Origin: a virus
Lineage: Duplodnaviria > Heunggongvirae > Uroviricota > Caudoviricetes
Direction: 5' to 3' (one strand)
Length of the DNA: 64,000 bases
IMG/VR virus record: IMGVR_UViG_3300035208_002853
Location: 24,033-88,032 of that record
Shown here: piece by piece, positions 18,376 to 28,656 of the stretch
Numbering within the stretch: position 1 is the first letter of the stretch
Layout of the letters: each line of letters starts with the position of its first letter
Made by a program: the position numbers and the translations under genes
Notes under the pieces: model-generated
Databases searched by the model: none
Told to the model about the DNA's origin: nothing
Seen by the model: the letters and a program-made list of their open reading frames with translations, nothing else

Positions 18376-18912
18376 TCACCTAAAACAATTATGTTCCGCC
18401 CTTTCTTCCATCTCTTGTATATAAGAAATAGTATATTGACTCATTAACCAATCATACCTATATTTAATCTCGCGAGCATCCCACAGTGCATGATGTTCAA
18501 TTTTATCTGGCAGATTGGGTAATACAGGATTTACACATTCTGTTGCCATCTGCTTTAAATCTAAACAATACTTTGGCCATCCCACGGGCAAATCGATCAT
18601 GCGTCCGAATAATTGGCACAATACAACCCAATCATAGTCACTGTAGTACCCAATCCAACTGGGATTGCTCTTCTGACTAACAAATTCCACAATCTCTTTA
18701 GCGATAACCCTTCTTCTCTTCCCTTTACTAAAATCCAGGTGCTTTATCACATTATCATAGACCCAATCATCCGCAAGGCTTAATGCGAGTTCAATCTGAT
18801 CCACTACAGCATAATATTCTCTTCCGTCTTCCGCAACAATTCCTATACTCAAAAGCTGAATGGGATAATCGGGACCCGCTTCTATGAATTCGGTGTCTAA
18901 AAAGTATTTCAT
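18376..18912 (-). CDS. DEDDh-type 3'-5' exonuclease
   Basis: FLDTEF (Exo I DxE), YSDYDWVV (Exo II), HHALWDARE (Exo III H-x4-D). Confidence 0.6.
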   Translation of the reverse strand: MKYFLDTEFIEAGPDYPIQLLSIGIVAEDGREYYAVVDQIELALSLADDWVYDNVIKHLDFSKGKRRRVIAKEIVEFVSQKSNPSWIGYYSDYDWVVLCQLFGRMIDLPVGWPKYCLDLKQMATECVNPVLPNLPDKIEHHALWDAREIKYRYDWLMSQYTISYIQEMEERAEHNCFR

Positions 18913-19623
18913 CTTTTTGCCTTCTTTCTGTTTCCAATAATATCATAGTCATGTGTATTTTTTTCAGGAACATCACACCTATGAGCATACTCAGTTGTCT
19001 TCCCGTTAATTTTACATTTACCTACATGATCAAAAGTATATAGTTCTTTCCACAATTCACAATTTCCACAAATTCCTTGAACAGGTTTCGCTCTAAAAGC
19101 AACTAGCACATCTCCATCTCCTTCTCCAGCCAATTTAAGAAATCTGCCACATGTTCCAAACCATACCCCGCTTTCCTCGCTCCAGGGCTCAGGAATTCTC
19201 TATGGGCGAATTCATTGAGAACCATTGGATAAGTTCTCCCTTTATTTTCGGGGCGGTCTAGTTCGTCCTGAAGGGCTCCTTTCAATTCCTCTTTGTGTTT
19301 CTTGCGAAGGATTTTAGAGCTATCTGAGTTTTCCATTAATTCGAATATTAAAGCGTATATTCTTCCCTTATTCATTGCTGAACCTCGTCTCAATTATTAT
19401 TCCTTGTTTTTCGGCGTGTCTATATGTAGAAAATTCACACTCTTTTAAAAGAAAAAGTTCCGAGTCAGAAACAAAAACTTTTTCTCCTAATCGAACAACC
19501 AGGGCCGTGATAATGCTTTTCGTAAATTCTAACTCTGCTTTTAAATGTTTTGTCTCAATGATTTCTTCACAAAATCCCGCTTTTAAGGCTTCAATTTCAT
19601 TTTCTAGATCTTTGGACGACATC

Positions 19624-19905
19624 TCAAATCTCCATTTGCATCTGTTTTATCTCCTCAATCAATCTATTTAACTTTTCTGATCCTTTTATTTTTAATGTTT
19701 TATCTCCTAACTTCTTCCACCAAAATTTGTGAGGTTTAAACAATCGATGAATTTCTTCATGACAATGGGAACAAACCCACATTTTGTTAGAAACCGTAGG
19801 GTTGAAATAATATTTCATCGCTTTAATTATAGCAATAGGAATAATATGATGTTTTTCTATATTGTCGTGAAGAACGGAAGATTTACATTTTTCACATATG
19901 GGCAC
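19624..19905 (-). CDS. small HNH endonuclease
   Basis: EKHHIIP ... N ... CSHCHEEIH HNH signature. Confidence 0.6.
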   Translation of the reverse strand: MPICEKCKSSVLHDNIEKHHIIPIAIIKAMKYYFNPTVSNKMWVCSHCHEEIHRLFKPHKFWWKKLGDKTLKIKGSEKLNRLIEEIKQMQMEI

Positions 19906-20209
19906 ATGGATACCTCCTATTCGTCTCTTCGGATCTCCATATCTATATCGGTATATAACTTATAGGCGATTTCGGAATTTGGTCCAAATAGTACTTTTTT
20001 GGAATACCAATGCAGCAATTCCCTTAAAAATTTAGCATCTTCGTCACTAAATGTTATACCGATCATTCTTCTCCTCCAATAGCCCGATCTATTTCAGCGT
20101 GTAAACGCAGGGTCGTGTAAGACTCATGTCCAAGGGCAACCGCAGAGTGTTTGAATAACAACGCTCTTAGAAATCTGGCATCCTCATTATTTAAAGTTAT
20201 GTTAACCAT

Positions 20210-20671
20210 TCAAACCGTCTCCGGAGCGTTCCTATAATACTTTATCGCATCCACAAAACACCTTTGTTCTATCATAAGTTCAATAATTTCCGAGTCCGAC
20301 AAATTCTCCTTAATACCATCATTTATTGTTTCAAGCGAACACGCTGCAACCTCGCCAAATTCTAACGTTTCGTGTAAAATTTTATGCTCCGCGTCGAATT
20401 CTTTCCAAGAAAGTTTCCGTGGTCTGAGAAGGTGGTCGTATCCAAGCTTTTTAGAAAGAATTCGTACTACTTTATCGGCGTATTCCGAATCCCCACACTC
20501 TCGCTCTATAAATGTACCAATTAATTCTATAAAGGATATGTCGTCTTCATATTTGTCTCCCCAGTCTTCTATTTTGATGTCTTCAGAATTTGGTTTATTG
20601 GTTCCGATAACATATGATTTCGTTATTCCATAAAACCAATCGAGAGGGCTAACGGGTCTCATATAGCTCAT
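20210..20671 (-). CDS. hypothetical protein
   Basis: ORF with two upstream TAAATA elements and AAGGTG SD. Confidence 0.4.
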   Translation of the reverse strand: MSYMRPVSPLDWFYGITKSYVIGTNKPNSEDIKIEDWGDKYEDDISFIELIGTFIERECGDSEYADKVVRILSKKLGYDHLLRPRKLSWKEFDAEHKILHETLEFGEVAACSLETINDGIKENLSDSEIIELMIEQRCFVDAIKYYRNAPETV

Positions 20672-21786
20672 TTAGAATCACCTTAATTTATAGGGCATAC
20701 GTTTTAATACTATTTATTCCTTCTGGCTTGAAATATGTGGTACCTCTTCTACCCAGATTCTAACATCATATCTAGAACCCGGCGCTAACCATCCTAGTTT
20801 GTTTGCGATATCATACGCCCCTCTATAGGCCTCATCATATGTATCTGCCGTACAAAGCGGACTATCATTAGCCATACCCACAAATTTTGTTACCAATTAT
20901 TCCACACTCCCCTGATATTCATCGCTTCAAAGAAAACATATGTGGCCACCATAAACCAATTTCTATCCTTGTAAAACCCAATAGCAATAATCCCATTGGA
21001 AATCAACCACACACCGAAACCGATAGCCCTGAATAGCGCCGTAGGGTCTGACGTTAAATACGCCCCACTCATACTTAAAACCATCGCTAGGGCATACCAA
21101 GGTTTAGTTTTTATTTCATGGATTAATTCCTTCCATACCATCCACTTCCTCCCACTTCTTTTTAAATTTATCAAGTTCCTCACGGGATTTATCTAGTGAG
21201 TTATTTAAATTTTGAAGATAATAAGTAGTATTATCCAACAAAGCGCTGATTACCCCAAGGTTATAACTTCTCTTTTTGATTACTTCTAACTCTTCTTCGG
21301 CAATTTCCATCTCAATACCCCTTCCTCGGGCGCCCATTGTCACATAAATCAGCGTTGCAATTCTTTTCGGCGCATAATTCATAATAATGGCAATCTTCGG
21401 GAAACGGGCAATAGGAAAACGCCTTATTAATTTTAAGAGATCTAAAGATTTCTATCTTTGGAAGAAATATGGAATCTTCAAAGTAATCAAAATTTCGACT
21501 TTTTAGCTCTTCTCTTAAAATAGAGAAGATCTTCCCGTAAGCGGTGCAAATATCTTCCAAGTTTTTAACATCGGATGAAAGGGACATGAAACCACCTATC
21601 CAGAAATACTAAGTATTAAAGAGTCACCTGCTCTAGCATTAGAGATCATTCTGTCTAATTCGGAAATAATATCAGATTTTGTAGCGTAGTCCTTTGACAG
21701 GAAACTTACGTCAAATCCACGTTCCTTTAGTGTTGCTGCAAAATTAATCATTTCGTCTTTATAGGTTGTTACGAATAGAGCGCGTT

Positions 21787-22113
21787 TCATGTTGACTCGC
21801 CCTGAGTAAACGTAGTAGTTTTTGAGCAGTCTTTACAGTGCCATCTCGCTATAGGTTTGTTGCATTCCTCGACCCAGAAATTCCCTCTGACAGAACCGCA
21901 ATGGCTGCATCTTAAATTGGCCTGGTCTGCATCTATACAAGTTTTACATCTATATGCGCCGCCAGCCGATGTTAGGCTTAAATCCTCGTTAAATACTCCG
22001 CAAGACGGATCTTTAAATTTACCCGTTCCATATAAGTCTACATATCCTAGCGACTGACAGTTTTCGCACAACTCAACGTCGTTCGTATCTATTTTAACCA
22101 GAATTTGCCTCAT
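21787..22113 (-). CDS. Cys-rich Zn-binding protein
   Basis: CENCQ...CKTCIDADQANLRCSHCG...CKDCS. Confidence 0.35.
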   Translation of the reverse strand: MRQILVKIDTNDVELCENCQSLGYVDLYGTGKFKDPSCGVFNEDLSLTSAGGAYRCKTCIDADQANLRCSHCGSVRGNFWVEECNKPIARWHCKDCSKTTTFTQGEST

Positions 22114-22451
22114 TTAATAACCCCTCTTCCTTCATCCTCTCAATATCTTTTGTCGAAACTCCAGCCGAAAGTAACATAGCTTCTGAGCGCTCTCCGGGAC
22201 AATCAAAAACAGAGACAAGGCACTTAAAGCCTTTACCTTGTCTCCTATCACAATCTAGTTTAGAACAGAGTCTCATTGGATATAATCCTCAATTCTCGTA
22301 ATCTGCGAGATATTAATAATACTACCATCATCTAATTCGTGCCATCTAACGGGACCTAATCCTATATGTTTAAGAAAATCGTCTACCGAATCATAATTAA
22401 TATCCCGAAAATAAGTTTTATCCGAGAGATAAATAAGAATAGCCATCTTCC

Positions 22452-22892
22452 TCAGATCCTATACGTCGTAATCTCTAGTTCTCTAATATTCGCTGCCTCT
22501 TTCTCTCTAAATCTTCTGTTTATCTCAGACAATCTCTTCCCTGCTTTATAAGCAATATTCATCATATCTTCCATGTCGCTAATAGAAATTGCTTCATTAA
22601 AGGCAGGTACGTCCTCCTTGCAGACTTTAATCTTGTAAGTAACAAAATTAGACTCCTCAAAGAGATCACAATTATAACTAGACTTATCCATAAAGAGAAT
22701 TACTTCTCCAGACTTATAAACTCGGGGATAACCTCTAAGATATTCTTCGGGAAGATGTTCCTTTGGTAGAACTCCATCTGCTTTTATAAGAACCCTGTAG
22801 TTCTCCACAAATGGCTTGTAGTCTCCACATTCATACACTACCTTCTCAGGAACATCTCTTGGAAGGTCCCACTTAAATTCCATGTTGGTCAT
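22452..22892 (-). CDS. hypothetical protein downstream of AbrB/MazE-like gene
   Basis: 146-aa ORF. Confidence 0.4.
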   Translation of the reverse strand: MTNMEFKWDLPRDVPEKVVYECGDYKPFVENYRVLIKADGVLPKEHLPEEYLRGYPRVYKSGEVILFMDKSSYNCDLFEESNFVTYKIKVCKEDVPAFNEAISISDMEDMMNIAYKAGKRLSEINRRFREKEAANIRELEITTYRI

Positions 22893-22898
22893 GTCGTC

Positions 22899-23126
22899 TC
22901 ATTCCTCCAATTTTCTTAACGGAAGCGCTCTGTTCTCCTGCGATTTATCCCATTCAGATCTGAGCATCACGGAAACTTCAAAAGTTTTCGAATCCTCGAT
23001 TGGTTTGTTAGGATGGTCTGGTTCCAACCACTCTTCAAAAACTAGGTTGTCTCCGGGTTTACCTTCCATATTTTTCACAATTTCTTTTGGAATAGTAATT
23101 GTCCCGTCAGAATTAATTTGTGGCAT
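22899..23126 (-). CDS. AbrB/MazE/SpoVT-type DNA-binding protein (antitoxin-like)
   Basis: GTITIPKEIVKNM swapped-hairpin-like N-terminus. Confidence 0.4.
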   Translation of the reverse strand: MPQINSDGTITIPKEIVKNMEGKPGDNLVFEEWLEPDHPNKPIEDSKTFEVSVMLRSEWDKSQENRALPLRKLEE

Positions 23127-23478
23127 TATACCGCACTTCTCCTCACTGTTCTCTTCTTATATTTGCGTTTTATTGGTGCAAGATTTTCAATCTCAGAGGA
23201 GTCTTCCTCTGAATCGTCCTCTTTCCTCAACGTCCCTTTTATCCTGCTATGTTCTATATAGTTTTCTGCCGTGACGAGTTCAGACGCGAATTTTCCATGA
23301 TCTAATACAGATTTTATAGTTAATAAATGTTCCGCTTGAAGTTCTCGGATAGCGTTGGCGAGCTTTTCCGTTGCTTTATATGTTTTATTCTCATATAGGG
23401 AATCTGCGGTTACTATTCCTTTTTTGTTTTTCTCTTGAATGCGGAGGTAGAGACGAGAGGCGTAAGAGGACAACATAA

Positions 23479-23961
23479 TTATACTCCCTTAAGATCAAAT
23501 GTGGAAATTCTAGTCTCTCCATTGTGTTTCTCAAACACGACAAGAGCCAATGGTTGAGGCAGTCCCTGCGTCGCTCCGCTAAATTTAGGACGACCACGGA
23601 TAAACTTAATTTCTTTGGCCTTCATACAATATTCATGCCACCAATTGGTATTTGTCCTGGCGGGAATCAACATCACAATGGTTGTAGTACAATATTTCTG
23701 AGATTCTTTATAACTCTTTATTACCCAATCCTTTAGTTTTCCGTTTTTATCTCCATAAGGCGGGTTTAACCAACAAGATCCTTTCCATTCTTGTATTAGG
23801 GCGTTATCTGTCTCGGAATAAAAAAGATCACACTTCTTGTTAGACTCACTCGCGGCCAAATCCCAATTAAAGTGAAACTCCTCATCCAATTTATTAAAAA
23901 GTTCATCTGGCGTCTCCCAATCTTGTTTTACAGAATTAAATTTACTATCAAAGTTTACCAT
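23479..23961 (-). CDS. DNA N6-adenine methyltransferase (phage Dam-type)
   Basis: WETPDELF N-terminal motif and NPPY catalytic motif. Confidence 0.75.
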   Translation of the reverse strand: MVNFDSKFNSVKQDWETPDELFNKLDEEFHFNWDLAASESNKKCDLFYSETDNALIQEWKGSCWLNPPYGDKNGKLKDWVIKSYKESQKYCTTTIVMLIPARTNTNWWHEYCMKAKEIKFIRGRPKFSGATQGLPQPLALVVFEKHNGETRISTFDLKGV

Positions 23962-24720
23962 TTACAATCTCTCCATAACTTCTAAAATTCTATTGGCTAA
24001 AAATTCAATTACAGGTGGACAAACTGCGTTTCCATAGGATTTTACTCTATGTCGAGCCAACCGTAAGGGAACCCCATCGCCCATTCGTATATTTGGGATA
24101 TTCTTAAACCACCAAGACCCGCAAGCAATACTTCGGTTGCCAAACTCGGTTGATGCCTGTTTCTCGACGCTGCATATGCCTCCTTCAAAGAAAGGTCTCT
24201 GTAGTCCCTTGCTGACGGGGTAGGCAACGACAAAGATCCGATCCCTCTTGTGAGGCGCACCAAAGGCTCTCGCCGGAAGCACTTCCCATTCTGCATTATA
24301 CCCGATGGAGGCCAAGTCTGATAAGATTCTCCCGAAGATTTCCCCTTTTTCTGCGGTAAGCAGCCCTCTAACATTTTCCAGGATAAACCAGTCTGGTCTA
24401 AGACCGCAAATAACGTTAAAGGTTTGGGGCCACAAGTATCTATCGTCGCTTGATCCATTGCGTCTTCCGGCGAAAGAATAGGGTTGACACGGCATTCCTG
24501 CGCAGATAATGTTGGGTTTTTCAAGTTCATTAATATCAACTTCTTTAATATCAGTATATCTTTTGGTGTTTGGATAGTGCTTTTCTAATATAGAAATACA
24601 AAATGGATCGTTTTCTATTTGCCATATGGTTTTAAAAAGGTTAGAAGTGCTCTGAAATCCAAGTTCGAATCCACCTATACCAGAAAAGAGGGAGCCAAGG
24701 GTTAAAGTGATATTCTTCCC
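23962..24720 (-). CDS. DNA cytosine-5 methyltransferase, compact; no canonical start codon in frame
   Basis: In one frame: LFSGIGGFELGF (motif I), PCQPYSFAG (IV), ENVRGL (VI), HKRDRIFVVA (VIII), GNAVCPPVIEFLANRI (X). Frame opens at a stop at about 24832 and has no ATG/GTG/TTG before motif I; it overlaps the nrdG TAA. Confidence 0.65.
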   Translation of the reverse strand, partial: GKNITLTLGSLFSGIGGFELGFQSTSNLFKTIWQIENDPFCISILEKHYPNTKRYTDIKEVDINELEKPNIICAGMPCQPYSFAGRRNGSSDDRYLWPQTFNVICGLRPDWFILENVRGLLTAEKGEIFGRILSDLASIGYNAEWEVLPARAFGAPHKRDRIFVVAYPVSKGLQRPFFEGGICSVEKQASTEFGNRSIACGSWWFKNIPNIRMGDGVPLRLARHRVKSYGNAVCPPVIEFLANRILEVMERL

Positions 24721-25286
24721 TCCTGTTTCTTCCAGTTTAAACCGTTTCTCTCCACTAATCCTTTTATTTCGTCCAAACTTTCTAAATCTGGATAATCTGG
24801 AAAAACCGTTGTGCGGATCTGTAGTGGAATATCATACCATTTGCACAACAAAATTACATTTTCCGCATTTTCCCAAGAATCCTCAACACCAGTAAGTTTA
24901 AAATAATTCTCTTCTCCATAAGTTTTCATATCCAGGAAAACTTCATCAATTAATTTCTCCCTCATTAAAAGATCTAATTTTCCCGAATTATATCCAGATG
25001 TTTCCAACCCCACTTTGAATCCTATTAGGTGACAAAATTTAGCAATTTCTTCTACAGCCGCAGGCTGGAGCATTGCTTCTCCGCCGGAGAAAATCACCTC
25101 TGAAATCAAATAATTATCTAATATTTGTTTCGTTATATCTCTAATGTCTACGAAACTTTCCCCAGATTGTAACTCTTTGTTGTGGCAATAAAAACATTTA
25201 TAAGGACAACCTCGGAAAAATAAAATTAATGAGGAATGATTGGAATCCGAACATGAGAGTTGGGACCCTCCAAAATTAACTAGCAC
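24702..25286 (-). CDS. nrdG: anaerobic ribonucleotide reductase activating protein (radical SAM)
   Basis: GCPYKCFYCHN CX3CX2C; small activase size; adjacent to nrdD. Confidence 0.8.
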   Translation of the reverse strand: MLVNFGGSQLSCSDSNHSSLILFFRGCPYKCFYCHNKELQSGESFVDIRDITKQILDNYLISEVIFSGGEAMLQPAAVEEIAKFCHLIGFKVGLETSGYNSGKLDLLMREKLIDEVFLDMKTYGEENYFKLTGVEDSWENAENVILLCKWYDIPLQIRTTVFPDYPDLESLDEIKGLVERNGLNWKKQEGRISL

Positions 25287-25530
25287 GCTCGATTACTCCT
25301 TTAATTCCCCTAAATTTCTCTCCATCGAACATATCATTTACGGTATAAAATTTGTCATCAACCTGTAGAACCGGAGCAGACATAGTAAAAACTCCGTTGG
25401 AGTATAGCTCGGTTTGCGATTCGGGGGTTCCCATATCTACTACTTCAAAAGACTCTCCCGCTCTCATTAGGATATCTTTCAAAAACGAACATTTTGGACA
25501 ATTCTTTGTAAAAAAAAGTTTATATTTCAT
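25276..25530 (-). CDS. glutaredoxin-like thioredoxin-fold protein
   Basis: CPKC active-site motif in an 84-aa protein between nrdD and nrdG. Confidence 0.6.
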   Translation of the reverse strand: MKYKLFFTKNCPKCSFLKDILMRAGESFEVVDMGTPESQTELYSNGVFTMSAPVLQVDDKFYTVNDMFDGEKFRGIKGVIERAS

Positions 25531-25544
25531 ATTTCAGTCTCCTC

Positions 25545-27755
25545 TTAAATTGAATATCTCTTTCGGTCCATCAACTCTTCTTTCTTGCCTGCATTCCATC
25601 CGCTCACAGCTTGCAGGTAGCCCGTAACTCGGCTGATAAAATCTACATTTTTAGAGCCGCAGTTTGGGCAAACATGCCTTAATCCCTTGTTTGTTTTTGA
25701 GCAGTCCAAGCAAATTGTCATATCTCTAGTAACATCAAAATAGCCAATTTGAGTATTCCGAGCAGTCTTGTTTACGAGATCATAGAGCGCTTCGGGATCG
25801 GGATCTTTCTCCCCAAGGAATATATGGAAAATATTCCCACCGTCGAGGATAGGGAAAAATGTTTGTTCATAATTCATCCGCTCAACAAGAGAAACGTCGG
25901 CATTTGGCGGTAGCATTGTGCCATTCGTATAATATATTGGTAAATCGTTCATCTTGTTTATACGAGACAACGCCCCATTTACATCTCCCTGGACAATATT
26001 TTGTGTAAAAGGTCTGTATTTTTCGTTAAGAAGATCGGCCACCGCAAATCGTTGTGCCACTGATTCGGCAGGCGTTCTTGCTACCGCAATTTTGATCCCG
26101 CTCTCTTTCTCTAACTCTCTAGCATAATTTTTCATCTCCAAAAGAGCGCGAATAGCTAATCTATATGCATCCTTGCTTTCATGTAAGGCAAACCCCGTAT
26201 GATGCTTTACCATTTCATTAATTCCCACGACGCCAATCGTATAAACAAGGTCTTTTAGCAAATATGCATCTGGAAACCGTTTTCCGCTTTCGTGATCTAG
26301 TGATTTTTGGGTAAGGAATGGAAGCCGATCCGCCTGTAAAATCCTTTTCATCCAAGATTGTTTGATCTTAAAAACCTTAATAGCATCGTCCATTATCGAT
26401 TTCAAGTTCTCGAATAATAGATTGTCATCTCCATTAGATTTATAGGAAGCTCTAGGGGCGTTTACGGTAACTACCTGCCACGAACCCATTGAAAAATGTT
26501 TTCCATCAACAAAGTTTAACTTGTCTTCAAATTCGTTATCCGTTTCCTCATTATCCGAGAATTGATACGCGCAACATTGATAGCAAGAAATTCCCTTCCC
26601 CGCTCCTCGGTATTCCGGCATCTGGTTATCGAAATATGGAGTTCCAAATTTCGCTGCCAACTCTATTGATAATCTATATAAATCATCATATTCCGAGTTG
26701 TTCATAAAAAATGGTTCCATATTAATTTCGGGTTTTGGGAAATTAAACGGCTTCCCAAGATAGTCCCCTTCCAACATTACTTCCATTAAAGCCCTAAAAG
26801 TGGTTTGAGCCTCAGTCTCGAAATCTCCATAGGTCTGATTGTTCCAAATTTTTCCCTTATAAACTGGAGAAATATCGCGCCACATTTCCGGAATACCAGG
26901 AGACAGTTGTAGAGAAGAAAATACTATCTGGCCACCGCGAGCGACCTGGACCTGGGATGTCTCGTAGATTAATTCTTGCATAAGCTGTTTTATTTCTTTA
27001 TACTCTAGCCCGCGCATGTATGGAGCAATAAATGGTATAAAATTATAAAATCCTTGTCCGCCCGCGCAATTTGTTTGTCCCGCGGCAAGTATTTTTACTG
27101 CATGGAGAATAGCCACGGAAGGTTTCATTGCAGGACCAGCTACCGCGGCACGAATACCTTTTCCGTCGGGAAGAAATCCCGTCTTAAAGAAATAACGCAA
27201 ATCCCAGTCAGCGCAAAAAGGTCTTGTGCCAAAATATTCAAGGTCGTGGATGTGTAGATCTCCGCCTAAATGTTTGTCCGCTAACTGAGGCGGCATAAGC
27301 AACAAATATTGTTCCTTTGAAACCTTGTCGGCCTTCTTCTTGTGGCTCGTTTCAGGATTTCCCTGAACGTTGGCGTTCTCGTTCCGCTCAAATGAATTTT
27401 GGTCTCCCACATCGATCATGAAGGCGTCGTATACCGGCAATCCTACCCGTGTTGATCTTTTTCTGTAGGAATCATATCTCATTATGTCTTCTTTGTTTTT
27501 AGATTTTTGGCTTTTTTCAAGTAAAATTTGATTCGCAATTTCTCGGACCAACGAAGAATTTATTATTGAGTGTTTCTTGAAATTAATTCTCCTTTCTACT
27601 TCTATCGCTATTCCTTCTGCTTCTTCTCTAGAAATTCCATCAATTTCAAAGAACTCTTTAAGCGCGGCGGTTTCCTTTATAAGTTGATTAGAAATAGCGG
27701 CGCGGTCCCAAGGTCGATGTAGGCCACTAGACGTTCGTACAAAAATATTATCCAT
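25545..27755 (-). CDS. nrdD: anaerobic ribonucleoside-triphosphate reductase (class III)
   Basis: N-terminal ATP-cone-like region, C-terminal CLDCS...CPNCG Zn ribbon followed by the glycyl-radical motif SRVTGYLQ. Confidence 0.9.
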   Translation of the reverse strand: MDNIFVRTSSGLHRPWDRAAISNQLIKETAALKEFFEIDGISREEAEGIAIEVERRINFKKHSIINSSLVREIANQILLEKSQKSKNKEDIMRYDSYRKRSTRVGLPVYDAFMIDVGDQNSFERNENANVQGNPETSHKKKADKVSKEQYLLLMPPQLADKHLGGDLHIHDLEYFGTRPFCADWDLRYFFKTGFLPDGKGIRAAVAGPAMKPSVAILHAVKILAAGQTNCAGGQGFYNFIPFIAPYMRGLEYKEIKQLMQELIYETSQVQVARGGQIVFSSLQLSPGIPEMWRDISPVYKGKIWNNQTYGDFETEAQTTFRALMEVMLEGDYLGKPFNFPKPEINMEPFFMNNSEYDDLYRLSIELAAKFGTPYFDNQMPEYRGAGKGISCYQCCAYQFSDNEETDNEFEDKLNFVDGKHFSMGSWQVVTVNAPRASYKSNGDDNLLFENLKSIMDDAIKVFKIKQSWMKRILQADRLPFLTQKSLDHESGKRFPDAYLLKDLVYTIGVVGINEMVKHHTGFALHESKDAYRLAIRALLEMKNYARELEKESGIKIAVARTPAESVAQRFAVADLLNEKYRPFTQNIVQGDVNGALSRINKMNDLPIYYTNGTMLPPNADVSLVERMNYEQTFFPILDGGNIFHIFLGEKDPDPEALYDLVNKTARNTQIGYFDVTRDMTICLDCSKTNKGLRHVCPNCGSKNVDFISRVTGYLQAVSGWNAGKKEELMDRKRYSI

Positions 27756-27770
27756 AATGATTAACCTCTA

Positions 27771-27795
27771 TAAATTAAATTAAATTAAATTAAAT
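27771..27795. repeat. (TAAAT)5 pentanucleotide microsatellite abutting the nrdD SD
   Basis: taaattaaattaaattaaattaaat directly upstream of TAGAGG SD and the nrdD ATG. Confidence 0.7.
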
Positions 27796-28298
27796 CGTCC
27801 TCAAATTCGGGCAGCCTTCAAGATAGCTTTACGATGTTATAAACTTGTCGCTCAGAAATCTAACTCAGTAAAATACTTATCAAATTCTTCTTTGTTTATT
27901 AAATCATCTCCCAAGGCACATTCTAAAATCCAATTCTTTACGAATTCTCCCTCGTATGTATGTTCTGGATATTCTTCATAACGTTCATCATACGCCCACA
28001 AGTATAACATTAAACGGTCTAGAGGAATTACGGTAACAGTTGTTAGAGTCCCATTACTGATATTACCGTCGCCTATTAAACCGTTTAACATCTCTACCTC
28101 ACCCATCCCACAGTCTTACTCGCTCGGACCTGCTCACTATCAGATAATTGAGACTTCTTAAGTTTCATTCTTTCCGCAAAATAATCTCCGACTTCTCCCT
28201 GAAACAAAACGGCTCCTATGGGAGCGAACCTCCACGCTCTAAGCATTTGCTCATAATTCATGGTATCAATTCGATTCTTTGTAGACTCGTCTATCATT

Positions 28299-28655
28299 TT
28301 AAATCACTCCCAATCTTTGCGCTTCACAATCCGCTGCGGCTTGTTCATTTCTTATTTGCCACTGGAGGCATTCTATCTCGTCGGAGACCAATGAATATTC
28401 CAGGTCTAAAGACCTCTTTTTAGCCTCCAAAGATTCAAGGGCAAGGACTTCAGCCAAGGTCTGATCGATTATATAAGCCTCTCTTTCCTTATCGTTGGTT
28501 CCCAACTTCTTTTTGTCCGTCGTGTTAATAATACGTGCCCTTAACTTTTTAAGATCGGCTTGAGCAGTCAACACATCTTCGTTGATTTTGTGTAGAGATT
28601 TTTTTGTAGCGCCTTTCTTGGCGTATATTTCCTTTATTTCTTGGTTGGTTGGCAT
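28299..28655 (-). CDS. coiled-coil hypothetical protein
   Basis: ORF, heptad-like charged sequence. Confidence 0.35.
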   Translation of the reverse strand: MPTNQEIKEIYAKKGATKKSLHKINEDVLTAQADLKKLRARIINTTDKKKLGTNDKEREAYIIDQTLAEVLALESLEAKKRSLDLEYSLVSDEIECLQWQIRNEQAAADCEAQRLGVI

Positions 28656-28656
28656 A

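Noticed and set aside
24042-24539. 165-aa ORF overlapping the C5-MTase region in another frame
   Set aside because: All methyltransferase motifs (I, IV, VI, VIII, X) lie in the other frame; this ORF is a by-product of the coding strand.
24700-24720. Programmed frameshift fusing NrdG to the C5-MTase
   Set aside because: There is no slippery heptamer, and a fusion has no obvious functional logic. Non-AUG initiation or a sequence error is more parsimonious, but this remains untested.
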